Source of the DNA: Polymyxa betae A26-41
Lineage: Eukaryota > Protista > Endomyxa: Phytomyxea
Assembly (NCBI GenBank): GCA_003693705.1
Contig: RBZT01000404.1
Span: forward strand, 62,001-126,000
Reading direction: 5' to 3'
Length of the DNA: 64,000 nucleotides
Each line of letters begins with the position of its first letter. Position 1 is the stretch's first letter. The notes under the pieces are model-generated. The model did no database searches and was not told the origin of the DNA. It saw only the letters and a list, made by a program, of their open reading frames with translations. The translations under genes and the position numbers were made by a program. This document shows positions 38,765 to 51,206 of the stretch, in pieces.

Positions 38765-41700
38765 ATGAGCGAGGTCCCGAACGTTATCCAGGTATCAGAT
38801 CACATTTCAGGTTCGAAATGGTTTCCGATTGCGAGATTGGCTGATGATTTTCGTAGGGTATAGCGAGCATCCGAAAGCTCCTCATTCGAGATGCAGTTTA
38901 GTGCCCCAGATACTGTCGAGCCCAAGTGGCAAGATGCTTTGTTTACAATGTGCCATTCATCGATTGTTTCCGAATCGCCCGCTTCTTTTTCCTGCAATGA
39001 ACCGTCTGCTGAATGATTTGGAAACGGTATCATACGATTCGTGTTTGCCCTCTAACTGATGGCAATGCTTCCAGATTTCAAAATCGTCGCTTGTTTGCTG
39101 CCAGCTATGGATTTCAAACGATACATGTCCCCTTCTACTAATGGCGATAGCGAGAGGTAGGTTTGAAAGTCGATCCAATATTCAGCATGGTATTGATCGC
39201 TCACAGCAATGTGTCACTTTCATCGTACTGAGGATATTCTGGTTGCCAAACTAAAATCGATTGCTACTAGACTTCTAACATCGTGCCCCGATGCTATCAA
39301 AGTAACAGAAGCTCTTACTGCTATTATCGAGCATCTTTGCTCCATCTTTTTAGAGCTGGAAAATGCATCAATGGATGTAATTCATTTTTTCCTTGAATTT
39401 TGTAAGGACACACCATATGCAATGCCTAATGTTTTTGAGGCATCGCTTGTTGATATTGTGTGTTCATGCTTCGATTGGCGCCTCAATCCGGAAATCCATC
39501 GTGCTGCGTTGGATATTCTATTAACGCTGCTGAGTTGTCATTCCGACACCTCCAACAGACCGGCTTACAGAATTGTAGAAAACCAAAACCTGATTGACGT
39601 ATTTCAAAAAACTCAAGCTGTGCACGTAAGAGTGAATATCTTGCGGGTCCTTCTGCTGATTATGCCGGATGTGCATGAAATTGACGACAAAGCCTTATTA
39701 GGCCATTGCCGGGCTCTTGAGATTACTTTGCTTACAGAGGACAGCGAGCTTTTTGTATGTTACAATCTGAGTTCGTTGCCGCAACAAAGTTTTGATGTGT
39801 TGGTAGGAACTTAGTCTTCGTTTGCTACGTTGTATGGTGCAGCTGTCGCCATCGATATGTCATTCGCATACGAACTCGTTCGCTTATTTGATAGAAGGCC
39901 TAGCGCGATTTCACAACCCTTCGCTTCACAATATTGTAACAGATTGCTTCCGACAACTTTTTCAATTAGAGGGCTTCTTGGTGAACTCTGCTCCAGGTAA
40001 GCTGAGCTCTGTCATAGGCTACTTGCTCTTTTCTCATTTCGAGCAGCTGTAACAAAACTGCTTATGCTCTTGGTCGAATGGAGCGTCAGCAAGAATGCAA
40101 TGATGGACTCAACAGTTTTCGAAGTACTGAACTTATCTATTTTCGGGTATAGTTCTCTGGGGTCTTTAAACTTCCTTCATTCAGGTATTACTTGAGCTGG
40201 TCACAGCAGCTGGCGGATCATTTACCGAGCTGACAAACAATGATCCAAATGGCCAATATCCAATATTTCAAATGTTGTTCTTCTTACTAACACGTGCAGT
40301 TCGGCTAACTGAGCAGAACCATAACCTGTATCTTAATGGCCTGAAGCAAGTCGTTGCCGGTAATTGCATCCCATCAATTTCCACTCCAATTGAAGTCCGA
40401 TCTAGTCTATACGCCTAATTCTGCGTATCTGAGCGAATTTAGGACTCTCATAATCGATATTTGGCAGAAGTATTCATTTAGTGCTGAAATTTCAATTGAA
40501 ATCCTCGGTATCCTGAACGTAATGGCTGTGAAAAACGATCAGATTTCATTTCTTATCAATTTTTTTGTGTCACATATTCTCCCTGTCATTCATGATGTAA
40601 GCGTTCAATTGAAGTCAATAAACACATTTGAATATTCAGTTTAGGTATCTTTGGAGAATAATGCTGGCAACCGCAGCAATTACTCGTTCTGGACGGAATC
40701 CTTGCGATTGTTCAATGTCATTTCTCGGAAGGCAACTCAGGAAGCAAGGTTGCGATTGTTCTGCGGTTCTGAATCAAGTGATCTGCTTTCCTCTATATTA
40801 CAACGCTTAGAAAACAATACGCTCGAAACATGCGAACATTCAGATAGCTTTCTGGTGGAAATAAATGATGAGTTTCTGAAAATGTTCTAAACATGCTACC
40901 AGGACGCATTGTTAGTCACATTATCAATTTGGAGGCCAACACATATTGACGTTCAAGCGAATGTGAAAAGTTTAGATTTATGTAAGGTGGCCTGTCTGTG
41001 AATGCGCTTGGATTGACTTTCTCCTTGAAGCTCGGATAAGAACTGTAATTGCTCGCTTGAAAAAACATCCTAACCAAAAACTCAAACTTCTTCTTATCCT
41101 TCTGATTCATGTGATTCAGCTATGCCAACTGAATATTTCGAGCGATCTTGCTTCAGATATCAATATGCAAGTTAAGCGTGTCCTTGACAGTGATTTCCAG
41201 AGTCCTCAGATACTTCATTCTGCCATTCTTTTGCTAAATCTAACAGACAGCTTTCTAAGTGCAAATGATTCAGTAGTTGAAAAAACAGGTTTGCAAACTG
41301 ATTGTTGCACTTCTACTACTAATCCAATTTCAAAAGTTAACAAATTCATTTCGCTGATTACATCAGTAGACAATACTGTCATGTTTTCAGGCGAACAACA
41401 GATTTGGCAATGGATTTGGTCTAAAACTTCCAACACTCCTCAGAAAAAAATGACAATTCTCAAAGCTTGCCTGCAGTCGTCAGAACTCAGTATTATTCCC
41501 GATGCATTTCTATTAAGAGAAAGTGGTGTACAAGTCGATGAGTTGCTTCAATTGTGTCCATCTACCCAAGCGTTACGAACAATAATGTCTGATTGGGTGT
41601 GTCAAAAGCGATGTTTTGCAATTTGTTATAGTAACAGTTTGCCAGGTGTTTGACGAAACTAGCAGGTACGCCATCTTGCAGTTGACAGAGTCAATATTTC

Positions 41701-42662
41701 AATCTAGTTGTCTCGACATTTTCCCATTTCTATTCACTTTTGTAAAATGGCTGGATCAGAAGGTTCTTGACAGATCGTTCTTCGAAGAACATCTAACGAC
41801 ACTTATGATCTGGATTGGCTGCATACAAAAGTTTATTTTAAAGGCAACGATTACGTACTCTGTTATTCCCAAAAGGCGAGGAAGTAATATGCTTTTTGCA
41901 TCATGTCTAGAAAAGTGTTTAAAAATCGCAAAAGAAACCTTACAGAAAAAGAATATTGCAGAAGAACGTGAAGATGACCAAAGAATTCGATCAGCTTTGA
42001 TGGGTTGCATCTCAGCTTTGAGTGAATTTGTGCAAATTGAACCTTATACTGCCATCGAGATCTTTGAATTTGGGTTGAGATTTTCAAATACTCGGCCAAA
42101 CAGCAGTATGTTTGCAATGATGCATTCATTGCTAAGAAACAATCCAGGGTTGTTAACCCAGCCCACGGCGCACGCCAAGATACAGAAACTGGTAGAGGTC
42201 GCAATCAGTAGCGACCCGTTATGCATTGAAGCGAGTATCTTACTGGCATATTTGATCGAGAAAGGCGTCGGTTTGAATATCTTAAAGAAAAGCCGTTCGC
42301 TACGAATGTTGCTGAATTCTGCTGTATTGCAATCTAGGATATACGAGACTCCGATTCCTTTGCCACTCGTTTACATCATGATCTTAATGGGCATACCGTT
42401 AACTCATCAGAGTATATCTCGCTGTCCAATCCGGCGGTTAATCTGTGCACAAAGTTACGTTGAAATCTGTAATTTTAAAAGACACCATTGCCTAGAGTGT
42501 GGACCAGACGACATAGAGCTGCACCTAACGATCGTAGATTACATACGAAGAATCCAGGTTCTAGGTTCGAAACAATGCCATCAAACAGTCAATAACAACA
42601 AGGACATCATCAACATCACAAAAGACGTCATGGCATCACCAGCAATCCGAAAGTTTGGATAA
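38765..42662 (+). CDS. MEI1: ARM/HEAT-like protein, probable MEI1/PRD1 meiotic DSB-formation factor
   Basis: N-terminal GKMLCLQCA (CxxC), LIDVFQKTQAVHVRVNILRVL and LEITLLTEDSEL match, in order, motifs I recall from PRD1 (GTFCLIC, LAKTQRDDVRLN, GPLLSTDSEV) and MEI1 (LCLACA, LLLSRDETL); about 1000 aa, many introns. Confidence 0.62.
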
Positions 42663-42668
42663 TTAAAT

Positions 42669-45091
42669 TTATTCTGGAAGCGTTAATGATGGCGGCGGCG
42701 ATCTATAGAATAAAACGAATTGGGCCTCAGTGAATGCTCGATGACGAAGTAATAGGTAGATGATATTTCGTAAAGATATTTCATCATTAGGCTGAGAGGT
42801 ATGGGCCCTAATAAAACAAGATTACCGATAAGAGTAAGATCAGGGCATTTGGAAATGATATTACTTCATAGCGCACGACAGCGCCATATCGTATTTGCAA
42901 TTAATACTGTATATACTGGCAAGGGAATTGTAGACAGCCGCTAGATGGCCTTCAACTAAAGAGCCTTTATAAGGAGCAGATTTTCATAGCAAGTCAAAAC
43001 TTACTCGGAGAGTCGCTGGGCTTGGTCTTTGTTTGTGTTATACACTGCACTGCCTCTTCGATTCTATTTAGCGAGCATAGCGCTTCGCAACGGTAAATCC
43101 TTGTCAAAACAGATGTGGATTGATCGATGAAGGAAAACGACTCGATCTACAGCAGTTAACATAAACGACCTGTTACCGAGCATATTTCACACCTGATCGA
43201 GCCAATGCAGACACTCGGAAAATTTTGACAAGACAAGAGAGATGAATGCAATCCCTAACATAACCACCTATCATATGATAAACATAACAAAAAAGAGAAT
43301 CGAAGGCACCAAACCTGCCTAATTTGAGGTGATGGCGATAGTAAAAGAGCATTCTGGTACCAGGAATAGCCTCGCTGCAAATTATTGCAAATTTCTGAAG
43401 GAATTTCTGGAGATTGACATAGACGAAATTGTGACACCTAAACAAGTCAGGATAGTCGATTTGGTTAGAATGCACAAGCTAACACCTCAGAAAAGACACT
43501 GCTAGAACGAGCACTAAACATGTCCTTATTTCGGAATTCCGAATACGATTGAACAGCGGCACGTCCCAGTTGCATCCAATGCCAATACGAACCACAAAAT
43601 GGGATCACGTTGGCCTAAACTACTATCTAAAAATGAAGATATAAAAGAGAGATTGAAAAGCAAATACCACTAAATCATCGCAAACATTGGATGATCCACA
43701 TTGAAGCTGCTCTAGATCATAATTAAAGCGGATACGGTGTGGAATGCTACGATCAAAATGATCCAGAGCCTGCTGTTGAAGTGCACGTTGGAAATAAAAA
43801 GAAGCAGCATGATACCGTTTCATGGCAAAATGAACGCATCCCATATTATTTAGGTATACAACAGAAACCCTGCATACAGTTTTAACAAAAACGAAATCAA
43901 AGACATTTGAATCATCCAATTGTGATCTTGAAAGAGAAGCATTTACCTGGGGTCTTTAGGGCAAGCAAACTGAACATTGTTCAACAGTTTAATTGATTTC
44001 ACATATTTTTCGTTAAAGCTTTCAAGCCGAGCTTTCACAAGCAGCGCAGATGCTTTATGATAGTCAGTCACTTCTGCAATACAAACTTAGCTCAGGTATG
44101 GAAGTCGAAACAAGAAGATCAGGCAAATTCTGGAAAACAAGAAATGATTGCTATCAGACCTTGAAGATCTTTCTGGCTAATCGAAGAGGGATCCTTATTT
44201 AAGTTTAGCATCGTCAGCTTAATTGTCTTTTTAGCTGCCTTTTCATTCCGAGATAACAGAGATATCCGAGTCTGGAACAAGTGTATATAGAACGATAACT
44301 CATTGAGAGGTATTATTGGACAGGAAAGGCCATCGATGCAATTTGCGTCGTTAGATTGCAGATTCTGCCGAAACGCAATCAAATCCTCCAAAATGAATTC
44401 CGCTTTGGAAATGTTCCATGTCCTGATAAAGATTTCCAATAGCAACAACGCAATCTTGATGGACAATCCTAAATAACATATCAGCTGAAACGAATTCAGA
44501 GTGGAAGCAACAAACGAAATGGGGGATTGTATAATGATTTAAGAAAGATGGCTCAACCAGAAATGACCAAATACTGTACCGATTCCTAAGCCCATTTCTT
44601 TTCTGGTATCGTAGAGAGGCAAGAGGATAGCCAAAGCGTTTGTAAATTGGCAGCAACGAACGAGCAGGATGGCACGATTGTAGCGTAGGATGCCACGATG
44701 TACGACATCTTCTGGAGATACATCGTCTAATGCCGCTAAGCTGTTCATCAAGGAGGTGGGATCAGAGGACTCTAATAGAACTTTCAGAAGAGGTGGAATC
44801 GTAAACGTCCCATTAGACATTTGCCCAAACAAAGCCACGAATTCGGAATCATGCACATAAGATTACAGCCAAGGAGACCAAAAAGCTAAACGCAAAGCTA
44901 ATAGAATAGTTTGCAAACCTACTGGATGCTAAATACTCGCTGATCAGAAGATTATGACGATACTGCCGCGATTCCCGGTTCGTGGGCGATTCGCTGCTGG
45001 CCAGCATGGCGACAGCTTTGCGATAGCGCCCAGCCTCAAACGCGTCGGCAGCCGTTTTCAGGTCGCGATCGCTAGACGCGCCCGACGACAT
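42669..45091 (-). CDS. CNOT10: CCR4-NOT complex subunit 10 (TPR)
   Basis: AADAFEAGRY...HN..SEY, LRYNRAILL, IHLFQTR..AAKKTIK, KARLE..Y.KSIKLL, YLNNMGCVHFAMKRYHAASFYFQRAL. Confidence 0.85.
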
Positions 45092-46068
45092 TGGACAAAT
45101 GAACTGCACAAGAATGAAATGGTGTTCAGAGCCTACACAGAGGACAGGGGGGATTGACTTCGTTAACGCGCATGTGGCGGCGCGGGCTCCTACATACTAA
45201 TACAGTCGCGCTGCTTTTTTGTGATTTCCCTCAACGTCTCTATTGTTGGTTTTGTTAAAAATGATCGTCTTGGCTATGGGCAAAGAGAAAGCTGAGTGAC
45301 TAGATCCGACCGGAGTCGTGGTTTCGGAATGAGTCGCTTTTAAGGCAAGGGATTGCGGTTTGGTGGGAACTTTTTGGAATTCCATGATGTGTTCTCACAT
45401 AACGTTTTGGGCTTTATTTGAATTAGCTTTTGACATGGATATAATGTCGCAACGGGATCAATTGTTATTTTATGTCTTTGTAATGTCGAATCACTGAAAT
45501 CACCGACGAAAACCTAATTCTTTCACTCCGATGAATCTTTGTCGGCTCTATAATACTACCTATTTATCTGCCTTGAGTCCTTGACTCAGATTCTTTGTCC
45601 GGAATGGGAAGGAATTATTATGGCTCAGTGGTTACCTTTTTAAACATTTCGTACGTCACGAAAAGCTGGGTTGCTTGTTGAGGCTAACGTTCAAAATTGA
45701 TTTGCTATCTGCTTATTCTTGAGGACACAACAAACGCTGATGTTTTCGCCGAATGCAATTCAGGAATTGTTTCATCAAGTAATTCTTCCTTCTAGGCCAC
45801 AAAACTACCCTCACACAATTTCTCTATTTTTGGTTTCCAATCAAAGACCAACAAGCAAACCGCTCATTGATTGAATTGTTTCCTAATAGAGTAATTGCCA
45901 AATCACTGAAATGGAAAGACTATCATGTGCATTGTAATGCAGACTTTCGATTTGTGTATTGAGGACATCCAGCATAAAGATGTTCACGCCAGAATACACG
46001 TTCTGCCTGCTTGATGACATGCGATGAGACTTTCAATTTTGTTTCAACGAACTGATCTCCCGGTTTGT

Positions 46069-48056
46069 TTATTGCTCAGGCTCATCGATTGCGCAAATTA
46101 CGTCAATATCGATTCGGGTATCAGCGTTTGAATTCACGAATTTCACGAACCTCATCGTGCCCGGCTCCGCTCTTAGAACCATCGTCAGAGAATTCGCTGA
46201 AGGGGTAACAACACAGAGCGGTTTCTCGGCTTCCTCATCGACATAAACGGTGGCGCCAGACTCGACGTCTTCTCCAACTATAACAGAGCTGTCAGAATGC
46301 ATCGATTTTTCGCCTCTGTGTAATACCAGTGGTGAAAGCAAACGAAACATCGAGAGACGCCCGTTGTGCTTCGGGGTCATCATCGTAGGCAAGTGTATAA
46401 CAGCCGGGCGAGAATTCCCGCACGAGTGTCGTAGCTGACATGATACGGTAATATGAACCTGATAGAATCTGGAGCAGCTTCATCATCGCCTGCGATTCGA
46501 ATAGACTGCAAACCTGAAATTGACGTCAACGAAAAATTTTGAAAACGAGTTCGACCCAGACCTCTTCGAACACGTTTTCGGATCCCGAATTCCTATCCAG
46601 TACCTAGATCTTGGTAAGATAGAGTTGAGGTGGAAAGCATGCACCAAACCTCAAATCGGCGCTTGTTAAAGGGACCGACAACGCTCCACTTGGCACACGT
46701 TCCGGAAACGGCGGCCTGCAACCGATCCCATTGCGGTTTCGATAAGAAATCGCGAAGTTCAATCTGTGGTAACAGTTCAATTAAGCAGCAAATCAGCGAA
46801 ACAGCTGAACCTCTGATTCGCTCTCGAACTGGTTACAGATCTGACGTTGGACCTGCTTCTTCAGATATGACGGTGATATCCACTGCTGTAACAGTAGCAT
46901 ATCGGTTTCTGTCAATGATGATTCGGCAGCGATGTCGAACTTCGTCACGCGCAGTTGCTGTTCATAAAGTGTATCTGCGCTGGGCGCATTGAGGCAAGTC
47001 GGGGCACGCATCGGCTTCTCCTCAACACCATGGAACCTAACGCCGGTCAGATCCCGCCTAAATGGATTCCCCAGAGAGTTCTCGGAACGAGAAAACGCCA
47101 AACTGATGAACATGTTTTGAAAATATACGAAGCGTTGGCGATACAGAGCGAACCAAAATGGTGCTTTGGAATTACCATCCGTTGATGGAAAGACGATGCT
47201 TATCAGAGAGGACCTCGGCAACCTGATGATAAGAGGCATTGGACACCTCGAAAAATACCAAAGAATTACGTCGGGGCAAAATCCGGGCGCAGACCGCGTC
47301 CGGTTCCCCGGCGGAATCCACGGAAAACAGATCGAGATGGCCACCGTCCTGTTCGGACCAATCATCTGGGACCAGATACAGGATGAAGGCAATACGGCGA
47401 CCGAGAAGCTGATCGTCGTGAGGGAGAAGATGGTCATGACGGCGATATAGCGACGAAGTTACTGGAATCAACACTCAGAAATTCCTCATCCATTCTGAAT
47501 CGGATTAAAGAAAGTAAAAGGCTTTAAATTATCCAAGCAACGGCGTGTTCAATAAGTGCAAATATGCTGACCGTCGATATTGGAGTTCAGCTGGATACCG
47601 GAGACAGCGGTTAAAGCGGCTCGGAATTCGTCCCCATAAAGCTGTTGAATGAATTCGGCGAGGGTCCGGGATTCAGTACCCGCCAGATCGTCGGATTGGT
47701 GGAAGTTATACAAATCGTTGTTCTTCTCGTAGAACGACTCCTCCATCAGTTCATCCTATCAAGATGATCAGCAACAGCTGCACGGTTTACAAACGAAACT
47801 AGAAACGATTCTGCCACAAACTTGAAAATTGCCGGAACGAACCGAAAACAAGACAAGCAAAGGGTTCTTGAGAAATGATACTGATAGCAGCAGGGTTAAA
47901 TGAAGTAAAAGCTATTAAAAGCGATTTATAGGCTAGATAGTGAATACTCCACCTGAATGCGGGCAAGAGAGCTGGAGTCGTTGACGAAGTCATCGACTCG
48001 AAATAATGGGAACGGCTGATGCGAGGCGAAAGCAGCCCGCGACTTCTCAATGACAT
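46069..48056 (-). CDS. OGFOD1: Prolyl 3-hydroxylase OGFOD1/Tpa1 (2OG-Fe(II) dioxygenase)
   Basis: KNNDLYNFHQSDDL, HLLPHDD..RRIAFILYLV..W...GG.LDLF, NSLVFFEV..SYHQVAEV, RLSINGW; second domain with GCYTLAYDD and MRFVKFVN. Confidence 0.92.
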
Positions 48057-48249
48057 CGTCCTTGGACCAGTCCAATCGGATCATGATTGAGGAATGGATT
48101 CGCCGTGACGAAATGACGACCTTCAGTACGATAATCGCAGATGGAATTTCTGCGCCGGGGTCATGACAGACCCCACGACCCCAGACCGGAAATTTCTCGA
48201 AAATTTATCAAAATTTCTGGATTGCAGAAGAAGTTTCAAAGGGGGATCC

Positions 48250-48824
48250 TGAATGGATTATTTGCCTTCCTCATTTGAGATCAGCTTGGAGCAGAGTCGT
48301 TCCGCACAGCTCGGCGAATAGGCGACCTCAATTTCGGGCCGAACTTGACCTTAATTTTGGCCAAATTGTGAACCGGATACCGATTCTTTGCCCCATGGCC
48401 TTACAGCAATCAGATCGTCCGATGTCATGACGAAGACGTGGATGTTGATGTGGGCGCCTTCGCTGATAATGCGACGGTATAGCTGGCGCCCCGTCCAGGC
48501 CGAGATCTGCATGAATCGTCGCTGCCCCATCATGCAGATCTGGGCCCGATTCCGCTTCTGGCCGTTGGCCACGGTTTGGGCGCCGGCCTGCCGCCGTTTA
48601 CGTTACTGATGGCGTTACAGATCCGACTGGAGCACATCACTAGTACGAGTTACGTGGAGGGATCATGTGACATTCGCATCGAATACTACAACTTCGACGA
48701 TCTGCAGGATGAAGGATTGCTTCGTCTGCAGGCGACCACAGGCTCTGAAGCACAGCAGTTTATTGGCGAGCTGCGTCACGCTATCACCGATGCGCATGTC
48801 TTTAGAAATGTACTGTTGAATTAA
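48250..48824 (+). CDS. Small multi-exon protein, possibly PH-like fold
   Basis: Terminal exon IRLEHITSTSY...IRIEYY...LRLQATTGSEAQQFIGELRHAI looks like a PH C-terminal strand plus helix; 5' end unresolved. Confidence 0.35.
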
Positions 48825-49232
48825 GCGCCGATATGTGTAATGAGACTGAAACGCGAACCACGATAAGTGCCGGGAAAATCGTTCGAGCCACGAATGTCTC
48901 TTCGATCATCAGCAATTGTGTAGACCGTCCAGCGATCGGCTGTGGCTTGCGCTCCTGATATGACTGCAGAATGATGAACGCTGCCCGCTATTACATACCC
49001 GCCAGCGACCGTTCGGCTACGTGTGACTACAGACTACCGTTACAATGATGTTACGCTCCGTGTCACTTGGACGCCGCCGCTCCCGATTCGCACCAATCGC
49101 GGCAATCCTGACTTTCTGCGGACTTGGCAGCCCAGACCGTGGGTTTGTATCAAAGGCTGGGTGGCCCCATTGCCCCAATACGTTTCACGTCGGAGCCCTT
49201 CCCTGGGAGCTCACTGCTGAACATAACACGCT

Positions 49233-50730
49233 ATGGCGCTGGCGCCTCCCTCCAGCCCGGCATTCGAGACACCCGAGCTGTAAGTACTATCGGGCGGATG
49301 GGTGCAGACCGGCGGCCGTACTGACCACCCCGTCGTTGGGCTTGCCAGATCGGATCTCGACCATGCCGTCTACGAGTATCTGTGCCTGCGCGGGTTCAAT
49401 TCGATCGCGCAGGCGTTCATGACGTCGACGTTCCAGTGCGGAGGCAGCGTCCCCGTTCCGATGTCATCGTTGTATCGGTTCTGGCACGCCCCCGTCCCGG
49501 ATCAGCAGCAGGCGACGCCGACGACCGCAACGACGCCGCCCCTGGCTCAGGCCCCAGGGCCCGGAACAACGCCCGCCGTCGTCACGGCAGCGACGACGAC
49601 CCAGCCGCGACCCTCACCGACCGGAGACAAGCTACATCCGTGTACATGGCCCAATTGCACGCAATCGTTCAGGAAGAAGAGCAACTTGCAGAGGTTCGAA
49701 TTGGCTCATTTCGGCTCTGTGCTCTGTGCATAATTTTTCCTGTTTATTCTGGTTTCACATTTTAAATTTTCTGGACTGACGTTACTGTATGCAACATCTG
49801 ATGATGTATCGCTTAGGCATATGCTGTTACATGAAGGTCGGCGGCCGTATCGTTGCACCGTGACTGTGGCGGACGGGACCTGCTGCGATAAGACGTTCGC
49901 CCGCGAGTCCGATCTGGCAGCGCACGTTCGCGTCCATAGTCCGTCCAGTTTTTCGGATCCGATCCCGGTGGTACTGACCCTCGTGCTCAGATGGAGTCCG
50001 GCCTTTCGTCTGCCCCGATTGCGGCAGGAAATTCACCCGGAATTCGGTGCGTCTTGTCGTTTTTGCCTTTGTTCAGCTGATTTTTTTTATAATTTTCGGC
50101 TGAATTTTACATTATTGTTATCTGATGACCAATTATGATAGGATTGGAGATCTCATGTTAAGTCAGTACATAATCGGGCTCCTTATTCCTGTCCAGGGAC
50201 CGGCTGCGGCGGCCGATTCGAGACGCTGAAGGAGCTTCGCGCCCATTTCCCGCACTGCACCGCCTCCGATGCCAATGCTGAGAAACAGCGGATCATGGCG
50301 GCCGCGGTCGATGACGATCTTCAAGATGGCGATGGAGGTGGCGGCGACGCTGTTCCCGTCGTCGCCGTCACTGCTCCTTGCCAGGTCTCTACATGCAGCC
50401 ATAATCCACCACTTTCCACATCACCAAAACGATTTGCCTGTTCTGGTCATGGTCAGCCGTCCTTCCAGGTATCTTTTGTCATTCATGTTAGGGTTTTAGG
50501 GTTTGGACTGCCGCTGTGCCATTCTTATTGTATTTGGTGTGCTTCTGTCAACGTTTTTTCTTTTGAAGCTGTCGACCTTGCATTGATTTCTCGTTTAGGT
50601 TCGTCATGATGATCATATTGATTTCTTAATCGATGGCGAATTACATCATTGGACCGATAAGTACTGTGAAAGTCACGGGCTCTTCAGCCTGATCGATTAC
50701 GCGCCCAGCTCAACGCCGTTATCCAATTGA
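49233..50730 (+). CDS. LisH + four zinc fingers + C-terminal His/Cys-rich (HxDH) domain protein
   Basis: Exon 1 MALAPPSSPAFETPEL|SDLDHAVYEYLCLRGFNSIAQAF (LisH); three C2H2 fingers and one C2HC finger; intron 50469-50598 adds VRHDDHIDFLIDGELHHWTDKYCESHG. Confidence 0.8.
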
Positions 50731-51206
50731 CCTTGGCCGAGTCATAATCAATGGCATACCTAAGCGCCGTGCTGCCCCGGGAGCCGCTAATAGCTCTTCG
50801 CAATCATATATCTATGATATTGTATATATCCCTATTCGAGACAAAGATCAAATTCGTTCAATTGTCGCAGTTGGCTGTGTCATTGGGCCAGAATATGTAA
50901 TACACGAGACCCTAAAACCTAACAGAACCCTGTTCACACACCAACCCACCAGCCTTTTCTCAACTTTGCAATCTCGCATCATCGTCAATCGATGCCGTTC
51001 TGATTCCGCTAACAAGTTTGCACACGAGTGAGGTCTGGCATCAACGCAAAGCACAGCCCGGGGTCGTGGGGTTAGCTCGGGGTTGTAGGGTGATGCTATC
51101 TGATGATTGTTGTGAGCGGAATCGCGCAGTTGCTCTTTCGATCGCGTGATATCGAGGATCAGGGTCGGGTAGTGATACTGCCCCCCAGGTACCAAACACA
51201 ATACAA

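Noticed and set aside
45200-45950. Possible pseudogene between CNOT10 and OGFOD1
   Set aside because: Only stop-interrupted frames with no recognisable family.
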